From: a bacterium
Lineage (GTDB): Bacteria; SAR324; XYD2-FULL-50-16
Assembly (NCBI GenBank): GCA_032250835.1
Contig: JAVVEA010000005.1
Span: 64,001 to 128,000 of the forward strand
Length of the DNA stretch: 64,000 nt
Direction of reading: 5' to 3'
The notes below the pieces were generated by a model, which was given only the letters and a program-made list of their open reading frames with translations, was not told where the DNA came from and did no database searches. This document shows, piece by piece, positions 9,837 to 18,336 of the stretch. Position numbers and translations under genes: made by a program. How positions within the stretch are numbered: the first letter of the stretch is position 1; every line of letters begins with the position of its first letter.

Positions 9837-11227
9837 TGTTGCAAGACCAATATGATGTAGTGGTGATCGGCTCGGGCCCGGCTGGCGAAAAGGCAGCCCT
9901 CGAAGCCGCCGCGCTGGGGGCCAAAACCTTAATTATCGAGCGTTGGGGCGCGCCGGGCGGAGCGGGGACCCTTTCGGGGACCTTGCCTTCAAAAAGCCTG
10001 CGTGAAACGGTGCAGTACGTAGACTCCCTCACCCATGACGAGATCAACGGGATCGCCAGCGAATTGGGCCGCCCGCTGACTATCAAAGAGCTGATGCACC
10101 GCAAAAATCGGGTGATCGACCAGCGGGTGGACAGCATCTACCGCGCCTATGAGGGTGCTGGGGTCACCTTCATCTCAGGGGCCGGGAAGCTGGTGGGCAC
10201 CCATCAGGTAGCCATCACCCCCCGCCCTAGCCACGGCCCCTCCCAGGTTACCGCCAAGTCGATCATCATCGCGGTGGGAACCTCCCCCTACCACCCACCG
10301 GACATCGACTTCGACCACTTCCGCATCTTAGATTCCGATAAGATCTTAAACCTCGAAGAAATGCCTAAGAGCCTAATCGTCTATGGTGCCGGGGTGATCG
10401 GCAGCGAATATGCCAGCATCTTCGCCAAGTTGGGCTGCTCGGTGACCATCGTGGAGCCTCGGGGTAAGCTGATGGACTTCTTAGACGCCGACCTTTCGGT
10501 CTCGGTGGCCCGCGCCTTCATGAACCATGGGGTAGCGCTCAAGCTCGGGCGGCACTACAAAGCAATCGAAGGGAGCGCCGATCAGGTCTTGCTCCGCTTA
10601 GAAAACGGTGAAGAGGTGCGCGGCGACTATTTGCTCTACGCCAATGGCCGCCAAGGACAGGCCGAGGGAATGGGCCTAGAGGCCCAAGGGATCGAGCTCA
10701 ACCACCGCAAACAGCTAAGTGTCAACGAAAATTACCAAACCAAACTGCCCCATATCTACGCAGTCGGCGACATCATTGGCTTGCCCAGCTTGGTTTCGAT
10801 CAGCAATGAAGAAGGCCGCATGGCCGCGCGCCACGCAATCTTAGGCGAACCGGGACACCGGATCACCGGGCACTTCCCTTGCGCCATCTACACCATCCCC
10901 GAAGTCAGCATGATGGGCCCCACCGAACAGGAGCTTGAAGCCGACGGGGTGGACTATGTAGTGGGCCGCGCCTTCTTTGGCGAACTGGCCCGAGGCCTGA
11001 TCATGGGCGTTCATGAGGGGATGATCAAATTGATCTTCGAGCGCAGTAGCCGCAAATTACTGGCAGTGCACCTCTTCGGCGAGGGCGCTTCGGAATTGGT
11101 GCATATCGGCCAAGCAGTGATGTGCTTCGGCGGCAAACTGGACTATTTCACCGACGAAATCTTCAACTTCCCCAGCCTAGCCAGCGGTTACAAAGTCGCC
11201 GCCCACAACGCCTTGCAGCATTTTTAG
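9836..11227 (+). CDS. sthA: Soluble (Si-specific) pyridine nucleotide transhydrogenase
   Basis: GSGPAGE, GTLPSKSLRE (no redox CxxxxC), GAGVIGSEYAS, IYTIPEVS, FNFPSLA; GTG start overlaps the FNR TAG. Confidence 0.9.
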   Translation: MLQDQYDVVVIGSGPAGEKAALEAAALGAKTLIIERWGAPGGAGTLSGTLPSKSLRETVQYVDSLTHDEINGIASELGRPLTIKELMHRKNRVIDQRVDSIYRAYEGAGVTFISGAGKLVGTHQVAITPRPSHGPSQVTAKSIIIAVGTSPYHPPDIDFDHFRILDSDKILNLEEMPKSLIVYGAGVIGSEYASIFAKLGCSVTIVEPRGKLMDFLDADLSVSVARAFMNHGVALKLGRHYKAIEGSADQVLLRLENGEEVRGDYLLYANGRQGQAEGMGLEAQGIELNHRKQLSVNENYQTKLPHIYAVGDIIGLPSLVSISNEEGRMAARHAILGEPGHRITGHFPCAIYTIPEVSMMGPTEQELEADGVDYVVGRAFFGELARGLIMGVHEGMIKLIFERSSRKLLAVHLFGEGASELVHIGQAVMCFGGKLDYFTDEIFNFPSLASGYKVAAHNALQHF

Positions 11228-11355
11228 GAGGTTAGGCTAGCGCCGTTAAGCCACTCGCCAAAGGGAACCCAAATCCCCCTTGACCCTAAATTCGGCCTAG
11301 GGGGCATACCTATTTCCTGTTTCAAGCAATAAATTGCTATACTGTCACCTGATTT

Positions 11356-11481
11356 ATGGATAAATACCACCGCATATTGGGCCGGATCGTCGCCGACGGC
11401 GAAGACCTCACCGCCTGCCTGATCCGCCGTAGCCTAGCCCACCCCAACCACAGGGAGCGGCGGGCGGGGTGGTGCGGGTGA
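11356..11481 (+). pseudogene. C-terminal fragment of a thermonuclease (SNase-like) gene
   Basis: Translates MDKYHRILGRIVADGEDLTACLIRRSLAHPNHRERRAGWCG*, matching the DKYxRxL...DG...L...GLA pattern of SNase-family C-termini; N-terminal half absent. Confidence 0.6.
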
Positions 11482-11577
11482 GCCCACTTGCTCCCCCATG
11501 CGATGTTGCTTTGGTTTGCTTCTTTGATAAGCCAGTACTCACCTTGCGTTCCATTGCCGAACCCAACTTTCGACCCA

Positions 11578-12231
11578 TTAGTATGCCTCTTTTTCCTTTG
11601 GCAGCAAGGTTAATAGCGTTGGAGCCGCCCGGTTCAAATGCTCAGCATGAAACGTGTACGTATCGGCTGGTACGCCGCATAAAATCGAGTTTTGTAGGCA
11701 ATCGGTTGCTGTGTGGTAGGCCGACTTCACGTGTTTCTGGAAGTCGGGGGAATTCCTTTCAATATCAGAGAATGACGGCATGGGGCTTACCTCCCAAAGA
11801 TTCATAGGAAATTTGCAGGATTGACCTAGCACCAGTTAGTGTATTTTTTGGCTAGAGTCATTCACCCAATGTTTTGTATTTTTATGGACCTCAGGGAATG
11901 CTTGTATCGCTTGGGCACGAGCCACAGCTTGCGCACCCTCCCTTTGCTCTTTGAGGGTCCATAGGACGCCGATGAACGCCATGAAGCTCAAGAGCGGGTT
12001 GGTGATCCCGCCAAAGAAGTCTCCGATTGTTCCCATCGAAGGGGGGCGATCCGGCCAAAGGCCCTGCTCAGGTCGCCAAAACCAAAATGCGACAAAAGGC
12101 GCAAAGAAGGTAAAGGCACCGCCTACTCCCAAAAGATGAAGCGCTCGCCGGTTTACCAAAGCCTTCAATTTTCCCCAGAAAATGGAAATCGCCCGCTTGT
12201 CCAGCCACTTAAAAATCTTGTCCCGCATCAA
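11578..12231 (-). pseudogene. Membrane protein with putative abortive-infection-type N-terminus, interrupted by an in-frame TAA
   Basis: GTIGDFFGGITNPLLSFMAFIGVLWTLKEQR two-TM motif. The TAA at 11838-11836 is followed in frame by 85 more sense codons (including ORF 11578-11832). Confidence 0.55.
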
Positions 12232-12626
12232 GCCCCCTTCTGTTCCAACAGCATCCGGGCCCCTTCGGCCAGCAACGCGCTGCGGTCTTCTCCGGTGGTT
12301 GCGCGGTAGGCGTCCAAGTCGGCCAGCACGTCGGCGGGCAGCATGATGTTGACGCGCTCCTTGGGGCGGTATTTGTGCAGCAGCTTTTCGTCCACCGGGA
12401 TCGGCACCAAGAACTCGCCCGGCTCCAAGGTGGGGGCCAAGTCTTCGGACTTCGAGGCGCGGGGCAATTTGGGGAACTCGACCAAGATCAAGGCCAGCGC
12501 GTCGGTCGCCATTTCAAAGCCTTCCTCTAGGTCGTGCCCCTGAGTGAGTGCGCCTTCCACATCGGGGAAGCGGATAAAAAAGCCGCCTTCTTCGACGGGC
12601 TGAAAAATGGCAAGATAGGTTTTCAT
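12228..12626 (-). CDS. hicB: Type II TA antitoxin HicB (RNase H-like N-terminus + ribbon-helix-helix)
   Basis: GGFFIRFPDVEGALTQGHDLEEGFEMATDAL; C-terminal ERVNIMLP...LD...RSALLAEGA RHH. Confidence 0.93.
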   Translation of the reverse strand: MKTYLAIFQPVEEGGFFIRFPDVEGALTQGHDLEEGFEMATDALALILVEFPKLPRASKSEDLAPTLEPGEFLVPIPVDEKLLHKYRPKERVNIMLPADVLADLDAYRATTGEDRSALLAEGARMLLEQKGA

Positions 12627-12653
12627 AGCTTCCTTTAGTTTAGGGCCGGACCC

Positions 12654-12824
12654 CTATTTCAGTCCGGCTTGTTTTTGAATCGCTTTGGCCAGCATTTCGT
12701 TGATTTCCCGGTGCCGGGGAACCGAAACAGCTTGGTTGTCTTTGGTCCACTTGCTGTGGTTCCCGCCTTCGGTCTTGATCCATCCGGCCTTTTTCAGTTG
12801 TTTTTCCAAATCTTTCAGTTTCAT
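12654..12824 (-). CDS. hicA: Type II TA toxin HicA (56 aa; below the ORF-track cutoff)
   Basis: Read by hand: MKLKDLEKQLKKAGWIKTEGGNHSKWTKDNQAVSVPRHREINEMLAKAIQKQAGLK*, with GxH catalytic His and VPRH motifs; directly upstream of hicB. Confidence 0.92.
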   Translation of the reverse strand: MKLKDLEKQLKKAGWIKTEGGNHSKWTKDNQAVSVPRHREINEMLAKAIQKQAGLK

Positions 12825-12847
12825 TTCTTCCCTTGTTGGTATGCCTT

Positions 12848-12904
12848 AATAATACACAAATACACATAAGACCACAAGCCTTGTTCTGTGTATTTGTGTG
12901 TATT
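12848..12904 (-). promoter_or_regulatory. hicAB sigma70-type promoter overlapped by an inverted-repeat operator
   Basis: Minus strand TTGTGG-N17-TATTAT. ACACAAATACACA (12854-12866) and TGTGTATTTGTGT (12887-12899) form a perfect 13-bp inverted repeat. Confidence 0.65.
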
Positions 12905-13046
12905 TTCCAGGTTCAACAAAGAAGCCCCTGGAAGGTGAAAATCTACTGGGGGTTTGGTCACGAGAAACAGGGGGCAAACAAAAACAAAGAAATCTGGTGG
13001 CAGTATATATATTTTAGGCCCCTGGACATAGGGCGATTTGGGTTCC

Positions 13047-13466
13047 CTTTGGCGAGCGGCTTAGAGCCCCTAGCCGCGCTAAGCAGCTTCGAGGCCGAAT
13101 GCCGAGGGCTGCGTGGGTAGCAATGCGAGCCAGCGAGTATTGCCCAGCCAAAAGCCAACTGTTCGAGCTTCGAGCGTTAGGGAGTCGGCTTCATCGACGG
13201 TTAACATAAACAACACTCGCCGGCTCGCGTCGCTACGCCCGCAGCCCTCTCTTCGTTCGGTGCTGCCTGGCGAGAGCGAGTTTTGGCTTTTAGCGTAGCT
13301 TGGCGTAGGGGCTCTTAGCGGCGAGCCTTTGGGGGCTGGTTTTTTTGCTTCATTTTCGTTGGGTGTTGGCTTCGCCAACGGTTTAGGCTGCGCGACACTC
13401 GCTGGCTCGCGTCGTCACACAAGTCGCCCTCGGCCTGCGGCCTCGAAGCTCCTTAGTGAGCCAAAG
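13047..13466. repeat. Nested imperfect inverted-repeat element (three related arms)
   Basis: 13079-13153 vs reverse complement of 13382-13456 about 60/75 ungapped; 13104-13140 vs reverse complement of 13213-13249 31/37. Confidence 0.85.
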
Positions 13467-13611
13467 AAAGAAGTCCCATCTCTTAATTTCTTCCAGCAAT
13501 TTTGTGCTTCCCATCGCCTAGAAGGGAAGAGTCTTGCGCTTTTTTGTAAAATCAAGTGACTAAAATCAGGCGGCAGTACACCTATTTCCAATAAATCAAA
13601 AATCCGCCACC

Positions 13612-14130
13612 TCACCGATAATTCCGCTCTAACCCCCGCTCAATTTGGCGGGCTAAATCGACGGAGCGGACCAGTAGGCTCATTTCGTGGTTGTAGCGCA
13701 GGGCGGACTCGGTCAGGTTGTGGCTGCCCACAAAACAATATTCGCCGTCCACCACCGCCACCTTGGCGTGGCTGCGTCGTTCGGGGCGGTCAAAATGCAC
13801 CAGAATCCCCCGGGCCTTGAGCCATTTGGCGGCCTGTCGGTTGGAGCGGTCCAAGCTGTCGTTTTTTCCGGTCTCCTCTAAAAACACCTCTACCTTCACC
13901 CCCCGCTTACGGGCCGCCGCCAGCTCATGCGCCAATTCTGCCGTGCGGCCTTTGGGGCGTAGCCTGAAGACGTAGGTGGCCAGCACCACCCGGCTTTGGG
14001 CCGAGTGGATCTGACGGATTAAGGCGGGCGCGAAGTCGGCGGCTTCGAGCAGTTGAGCTTCCTGAGCCTTACCCGAGCCCGCCCAGAGGGCGCAGAGCAG
14101 GATTAGCAGTAGCTTTTTCTTAAGTCTCAT
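13612..14130 (-). CDS. Secreted single-domain phospholipase D-family (Nuc-like) protein
   Basis: Signal peptide MRLKKKLLLILL...AQE; one HKD motif HAKVAVVD...GSHNLT...NHE. Confidence 0.85.
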   Translation of the reverse strand: MRLKKKLLLILLCALWAGSGKAQEAQLLEAADFAPALIRQIHSAQSRVVLATYVFRLRPKGRTAELAHELAAARKRGVKVEVFLEETGKNDSLDRSNRQAAKWLKARGILVHFDRPERRSHAKVAVVDGEYCFVGSHNLTESALRYNHEMSLLVRSVDLARQIERGLERNYR

Positions 14131-14144
14131 TGTAGCCTTTATAC

Positions 14145-15941
14145 ATGGAAAACCCCTTGCCCACACAACCAGAAATCCCCTCTAAAGAGTCGGTCACCAG
14201 CAAACTGCTGCGCCTCGTCTGGGCCCAGAAGACCCGCCTGGGCTTCGGTGTGTTGTTTATGCTGATCTACGCCCTTTTTACGGTAGCACCAGCCAAGTAC
14301 ATGAAAGACATCGTCGATGCCCTAGGCTCCGGCGAAGTACCCAGCCAAAGCAAGTTTATTCTGGTGGGCTTGGGGATTATTCTCGTTTATTTCTTTAAGG
14401 GCCTGTCCTTTTATGGGCAAAACTACCTGATGAACAGCATGAGCCAGCGGATGATCCGCAAGCTCCGGGGCGATATGTTTGAGCGGGTCTTAAACCTGCC
14501 GGTAGCCTTCCACAACCGCTCTACCACCGGCGACCTGCTCTCGCGCTTCACCACTGACCTCTCGACACTCTCCGAAGCGGTCAAAACTGGCATCTCCGGC
14601 CCGCTGCGTGACCTGCCCCAGATTTTGATTCTTTTAGGCATTATGGCCTACCGCAGCTGGCAGCTCTTTTTCCTGACCTTAGTCTTGCTGCCGCCTGCGG
14701 GCTTTTTGATCCAAAAGTTTGGCCAGCAAAACAAAGAAGTAACCGACAAGCGCCAAAGCAAGTTTGGCGAGTTGACCAGCCTGCTGAACGAAACCATCAG
14801 CGGCATCCGCGTGGTCCAAGCCTTTGGCATGGAGCACTACGAATCGCGCCGCTTTAAGGCCGAGAACCACCGACTTTTCCGCTTCTTTTTGCAGACCGTA
14901 CGCATCAACTCCTATTCTTTCCCGATTTTAGAACTGATCGGCGGCATCTGCGGCGCGGCCATTCTGACCTACGGCGGCTATTTGATCATCCACGACGAGA
15001 TCACCGGCGGCGACTTTGCCAGCTTCATCGTCGCCTTTTTCATGATGAACGAGCCGATCAAGAAATTTAACGGCTTCACCCTCAAGATCCAAGAGGGCTT
15101 GGCCGCCGCCCAACGGGTATATCAGATTCTAGAGGCCAACAACCCGATCAAGGAAGGGGCCGGAACTGCCCTCTTGGCCCCTTTCAAAAAAGATATCCGC
15201 ATCCAGATCAAAGAATTTTGTTACGATCCGGGCAAACCGATTTTGCGCAACATCGACCTGACCTTGCCCTACGGCAGCATCACCGCCTTGGTCGGTTCTT
15301 CGGGCTCCGGTAAAACCACCTTGGCCAACCTGCTGCCCCGCTTTTACGACATCCCCCGTAGTCAAGGCGGGATTATGATAGACGGCGTAGACATCCGCGA
15401 CGTCACCTTAGACAGCCTACGCGCCCAAATTGCCCTGGTCACCCAAGAGATCGTGTTGTTCAACGACAACATCAAAAACAATATCTCCTACGGCAAACTC
15501 GGTTGCACCGAAGCCCAACTGGTACAGGCCGCAAAAATTGCCTATGCCTATGACTTCATCATGGCTTTTGAAAAGGGCTTTGAAACCGAAATTGGCGAAG
15601 GCGGGCGGTTGTTATCGGGCGGGCAGCGGCAGCGGCTTTCCATTGGCCGGGCTTTGGTCAAAGACGCGCCGATCTTGATTTTAGACGAGGCCACCAGCGC
15701 CTTAGACACCGAGTCCGAAAAGGAAGTGCAGGCGGCCATCGAAAACCTGATGCGCAACCGCACCAGCTTGGTGATCGCCCACCGCCTTTCGACGGTGCAG
15801 CACGCAGACGTGATCCACGTCTTAAAAAATGGAGAGGTGATTGAGTCCGGCAACCACCGCAGCCTGTTAGAGCAAAAAGGAGAATACTTTAGGCTCTACC
15901 AGATGCAATTCCGCGACGAACCCACCGAAAAGGCTGGCTAA
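14145..15941 (+). CDS. msbA: Lipid A exporter MsbA-type ABC transporter
   Basis: Six-TM domain + GSSGSGKTT, LSGGQRQR, ILDEATSALD. Confidence 0.85.
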   Translation: MENPLPTQPEIPSKESVTSKLLRLVWAQKTRLGFGVLFMLIYALFTVAPAKYMKDIVDALGSGEVPSQSKFILVGLGIILVYFFKGLSFYGQNYLMNSMSQRMIRKLRGDMFERVLNLPVAFHNRSTTGDLLSRFTTDLSTLSEAVKTGISGPLRDLPQILILLGIMAYRSWQLFFLTLVLLPPAGFLIQKFGQQNKEVTDKRQSKFGELTSLLNETISGIRVVQAFGMEHYESRRFKAENHRLFRFFLQTVRINSYSFPILELIGGICGAAILTYGGYLIIHDEITGGDFASFIVAFFMMNEPIKKFNGFTLKIQEGLAAAQRVYQILEANNPIKEGAGTALLAPFKKDIRIQIKEFCYDPGKPILRNIDLTLPYGSITALVGSSGSGKTTLANLLPRFYDIPRSQGGIMIDGVDIRDVTLDSLRAQIALVTQEIVLFNDNIKNNISYGKLGCTEAQLVQAAKIAYAYDFIMAFEKGFETEIGEGGRLLSGGQRQRLSIGRALVKDAPILILDEATSALDTESEKEVQAAIENLMRNRTSLVIAHRLSTVQHADVIHVLKNGEVIESGNHRSLLEQKGEYFRLYQMQFRDEPTEKAG

Positions 15942-16528
15942 GTTAGCCGAGCCACGAACTCCGCCCAATCTAAAACCCGCTCCCAATCTTCATCCGGTAA
16001 GCTCTGGTTGTGCGGGCGCTGCATCAGGTAAACCTGCGCTTGGGGGAAGGCAGTCTTTACATCGCGGCAGTTTTGGGGATGGTCGTCTAAGAAGACTACC
16101 TGCCGGTTTTGGTCGCGGATTTGCTCGATCACCTGGGCTTTGCTGGGGTAATTTTCGATCCCAAAGCTATAATGGCCCCCCATGTTCAAGCTAACAAAGT
16201 TGAGCCCATGGTGTTGTAGGTTATCAAACCGGGGGGCATATTGTTCTTGGGGCAGGTTGGTCACAAAGTGGACCGGAAAACGCGCCGATAACTGATTAAA
16301 GCTGTTCTGGTCGGCGAGCAACTGTAACCGGTTGAACCGTCCCGAAGCCATAAAGGCATCCCAAGTCACTTGGATGTCCAGGCTACTCAAAGCGTCATCC
16401 TCTAATTCCCAGCTCGTGGGCCGGTAACCTAAAGGCAAATCTGGCAGCAGGGTATCGCGGATGTAATCCATAAAGGTGGCCTCAAAGTCGAGGATCACGC
16501 CGTCTACATCCAGAAACAACTCAAACAT
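15938..16528 (-). CDS. HAD-superfamily hydrolase, 5'(3')-deoxyribonucleotidase-like
   Basis: LDVDGV motif I, FVTN motif II, K, FLDDHPQN motif IV; ATG 16528 overlaps the SRAP gene end. Confidence 0.75.
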   Translation of the reverse strand: MFELFLDVDGVILDFEATFMDYIRDTLLPDLPLGYRPTSWELEDDALSSLDIQVTWDAFMASGRFNRLQLLADQNSFNQLSARFPVHFVTNLPQEQYAPRFDNLQHHGLNFVSLNMGGHYSFGIENYPSKAQVIEQIRDQNRQVVFLDDHPQNCRDVKTAFPQAQVYLMQRPHNQSLPDEDWERVLDWAEFVARLT

Positions 16529-17225
16529 GTTCGTCACCCACAAAGGTCAATTGTCCGCCGCCGGAGACCGGCTCGATCATATCGGGGCGGTCATTGCTGG
16601 GGTTGTTGACCGCGCGGCTCACTTCAAAGGCCTTCATCTGTGAAGCGTCGAAGGGTCTGAAAATATTGGGCAAGTCCGCAGGTTCTAGGTCGAGCCAGCG
16701 CCGAAAGTCCTTAGCGCGCAATATCACCGGCATGCGGTGGTGTAGCGGACGGACCAGTTCGTTGGCTTCGGTGGTCAAAATGGCGCAGGATAGACGCTCG
16801 CTCTTGCCGCCCGGAGCGGTCCAACAATCCCACACACCAGCCATCACAAAAGGTTCGCCGTCTGTCAGTTGGAAGAGGAATGGTTTCTTGCCTTCGGAGC
16901 TTTTTTTCCATTCATAAAACCCATCGGCAACGACCAGACAGCGGCGCTTGGAAAAGGACTCTTTGAAGCTGCGCTTTTCATGGAGCGTTTCGCAGCGGGC
17001 ATTGATCAGCGGCTTCGCGCTAGGGCCTTCGGCCCAACGGGGGATCAGGCCCCATTCAAACCACCCGGCTTGGTATTGGTTAGGGACGCGGTCCTTGGCT
17101 AGGCTCAATACCTCCTGACCTGGGCTCACATTAAAGCGCGGCACAATCGAGGGGTCAAAGTCGATCTCGCTGAAGGCCGCTTCCAGTTGTTCGAGCGTTT
17201 TGGATAAAGCGTATCTGCCGCACAT
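16521..17225 (-). CDS. yedK: SOS response-associated peptidase (SRAP/YedK/HMCES family)
   Basis: N-terminal MCGRY, RFNVSP, INARCET, RRCLVVADGFYEW, HHRMPVIL. Confidence 0.95.
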   Translation of the reverse strand: MCGRYALSKTLEQLEAAFSEIDFDPSIVPRFNVSPGQEVLSLAKDRVPNQYQAGWFEWGLIPRWAEGPSAKPLINARCETLHEKRSFKESFSKRRCLVVADGFYEWKKSSEGKKPFLFQLTDGEPFVMAGVWDCWTAPGGKSERLSCAILTTEANELVRPLHHRMPVILRAKDFRRWLDLEPADLPNIFRPFDASQMKAFEVSRAVNNPSNDRPDMIEPVSGGGQLTFVGDEHV

Positions 17226-17294
17226 AAAGGCTTCTTTAAAAGGTTAGCCTTTAGTCTAGCTGGGCCGATGCCTTCGGGCAAGCCTTGAGCAGCG

Positions 17295-18083
17295 CTACAA
17301 AACCGGGATCAAGCCCAGCGAGACGGCGCGGGCAACAGCGTGGGTCTTATTAAACACATCCAAACGTTCGTAGATCGCCGAAAGGTGGTTGTGGACGCTG
17401 CGTTCGCTATACTGGGTCACTTCGGCCACCTGTTTGATGCTCAAGCCGCGTTGGGAGAGATTCAACACTTCCTTTTGGCGTGGGGTCAGGAGGCTTTGGT
17501 GGCGGCGCTTCTGCTTGCGCCGCAGGGCGTCAAAGGCGAAAGGCAGGGTCAGTCCCAACTGAGCCAATCGGCCCGGTTCGGGCACAAACCTCGGGCCCCA
17601 TACCGTGCAAAATAAAACCTGAGCCCCTTCTTCGCGCTGCAACGCGGTCGCAGCTCCTTGGTAAACCCCCAGCTGGGTGCACAGGCGGTTCATGAAATTT
17701 TGGGCCCCTTGGCCAGCCAATTCGTCTGGTGCTAAGGCCGAGTTCTGTTCCAGCCAATATTCCCAGGTCCGCACCCGGCCATCTTGAGGCCCTGCCAGCA
17801 AAGCAGAAAAGATGGGGTCCTCACACCAATAGGCCTGAGAAACGTATTCCTTACGCCAAGGGCGCGGGACCTCAAAGCAGCTATTTAGTTCTAGTAGTTG
17901 GCCCTGATCGCCCCGGCTAGCTAACATAAAGGCCCATTGTTCAAAGCCAAGCAAATGGCCTAAGCGCAAAAAAGCTCTCTGAAGGGCTCGATTGCTCTGG
18001 GCTTGGGAAAGCTCTATGGAGGCTTCTAGCAAAACACCCGAATCGGGTAGGGGGGATAAATACTTGGGGTTTAGTGGTTCCAC
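17295..18083 (-). CDS. LuxR-family regulator (autoinducer-binding domain + HTH)
   Basis: PRPWRKEY...EDPIF...W signature; C-terminal LTPRQKEVL...SERSVHNHLSAIYERLDV...AVARA. Confidence 0.88.
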   Translation of the reverse strand: MEPLNPKYLSPLPDSGVLLEASIELSQAQSNRALQRAFLRLGHLLGFEQWAFMLASRGDQGQLLELNSCFEVPRPWRKEYVSQAYWCEDPIFSALLAGPQDGRVRTWEYWLEQNSALAPDELAGQGAQNFMNRLCTQLGVYQGAATALQREEGAQVLFCTVWGPRFVPEPGRLAQLGLTLPFAFDALRRKQKRRHQSLLTPRQKEVLNLSQRGLSIKQVAEVTQYSERSVHNHLSAIYERLDVFNKTHAVARAVSLGLIPVL

Positions 18084-18336
18084 AATGATTCCCGCAGCGT
18101 CTTAAACAATTAGCTAAAATAAAAAACCATCTATTTACACCCGCAGTGTTACAAATGTTGCGGTCCTCTACAAGCTTTTCTCGATAGGACTAAGTGAATC
18201 CCCACACAGCCTTTAAGGGTGGATAATAATAGCCTTAAACACAAAAGTTAATCTAGTTAATCGGAGCTTAACAAAATGGCTTCAACAAATACTTCGATAG
18301 CTGTTAGCCTCCGTAAAAAATACTCAGGGGATTTAG

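Larger units (their letters stand above)
11340..13578. mobile_element. Putative non-autonomous accessory cassette bounded by 17-bp imperfect inverted repeats; carries HicAB, gene remnants and a nested palindromic element
   Basis: TACTGTCACCTGATTTA (11340-11356) vs AAAATCAGGCGGCAGTA (13562-13578): 14/17 reverse-complement match. ACCTATTTCC direct repeat outside both ends (11308-11317, 13580-13589). No transposase inside. Confidence 0.4.

Noticed and set aside
13047-13466. CRISPR array or integron attC array
   Set aside because: The repeats are inverted and nested, with no regular repeat-spacer period, no cas or intI gene, and no clear cassette series.
12833-13615. Short ORFs over the palindromic element
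   Set aside because: They overlap each other on both strands and show no protein-like motifs; they are best explained by the GC-rich repeats.
18140-18163. Possible lux box CCGCAG-N11-TTGCGG
   Set aside because: Only 5-bp arms, and the length does not fit the 20-bp lux-box pattern.
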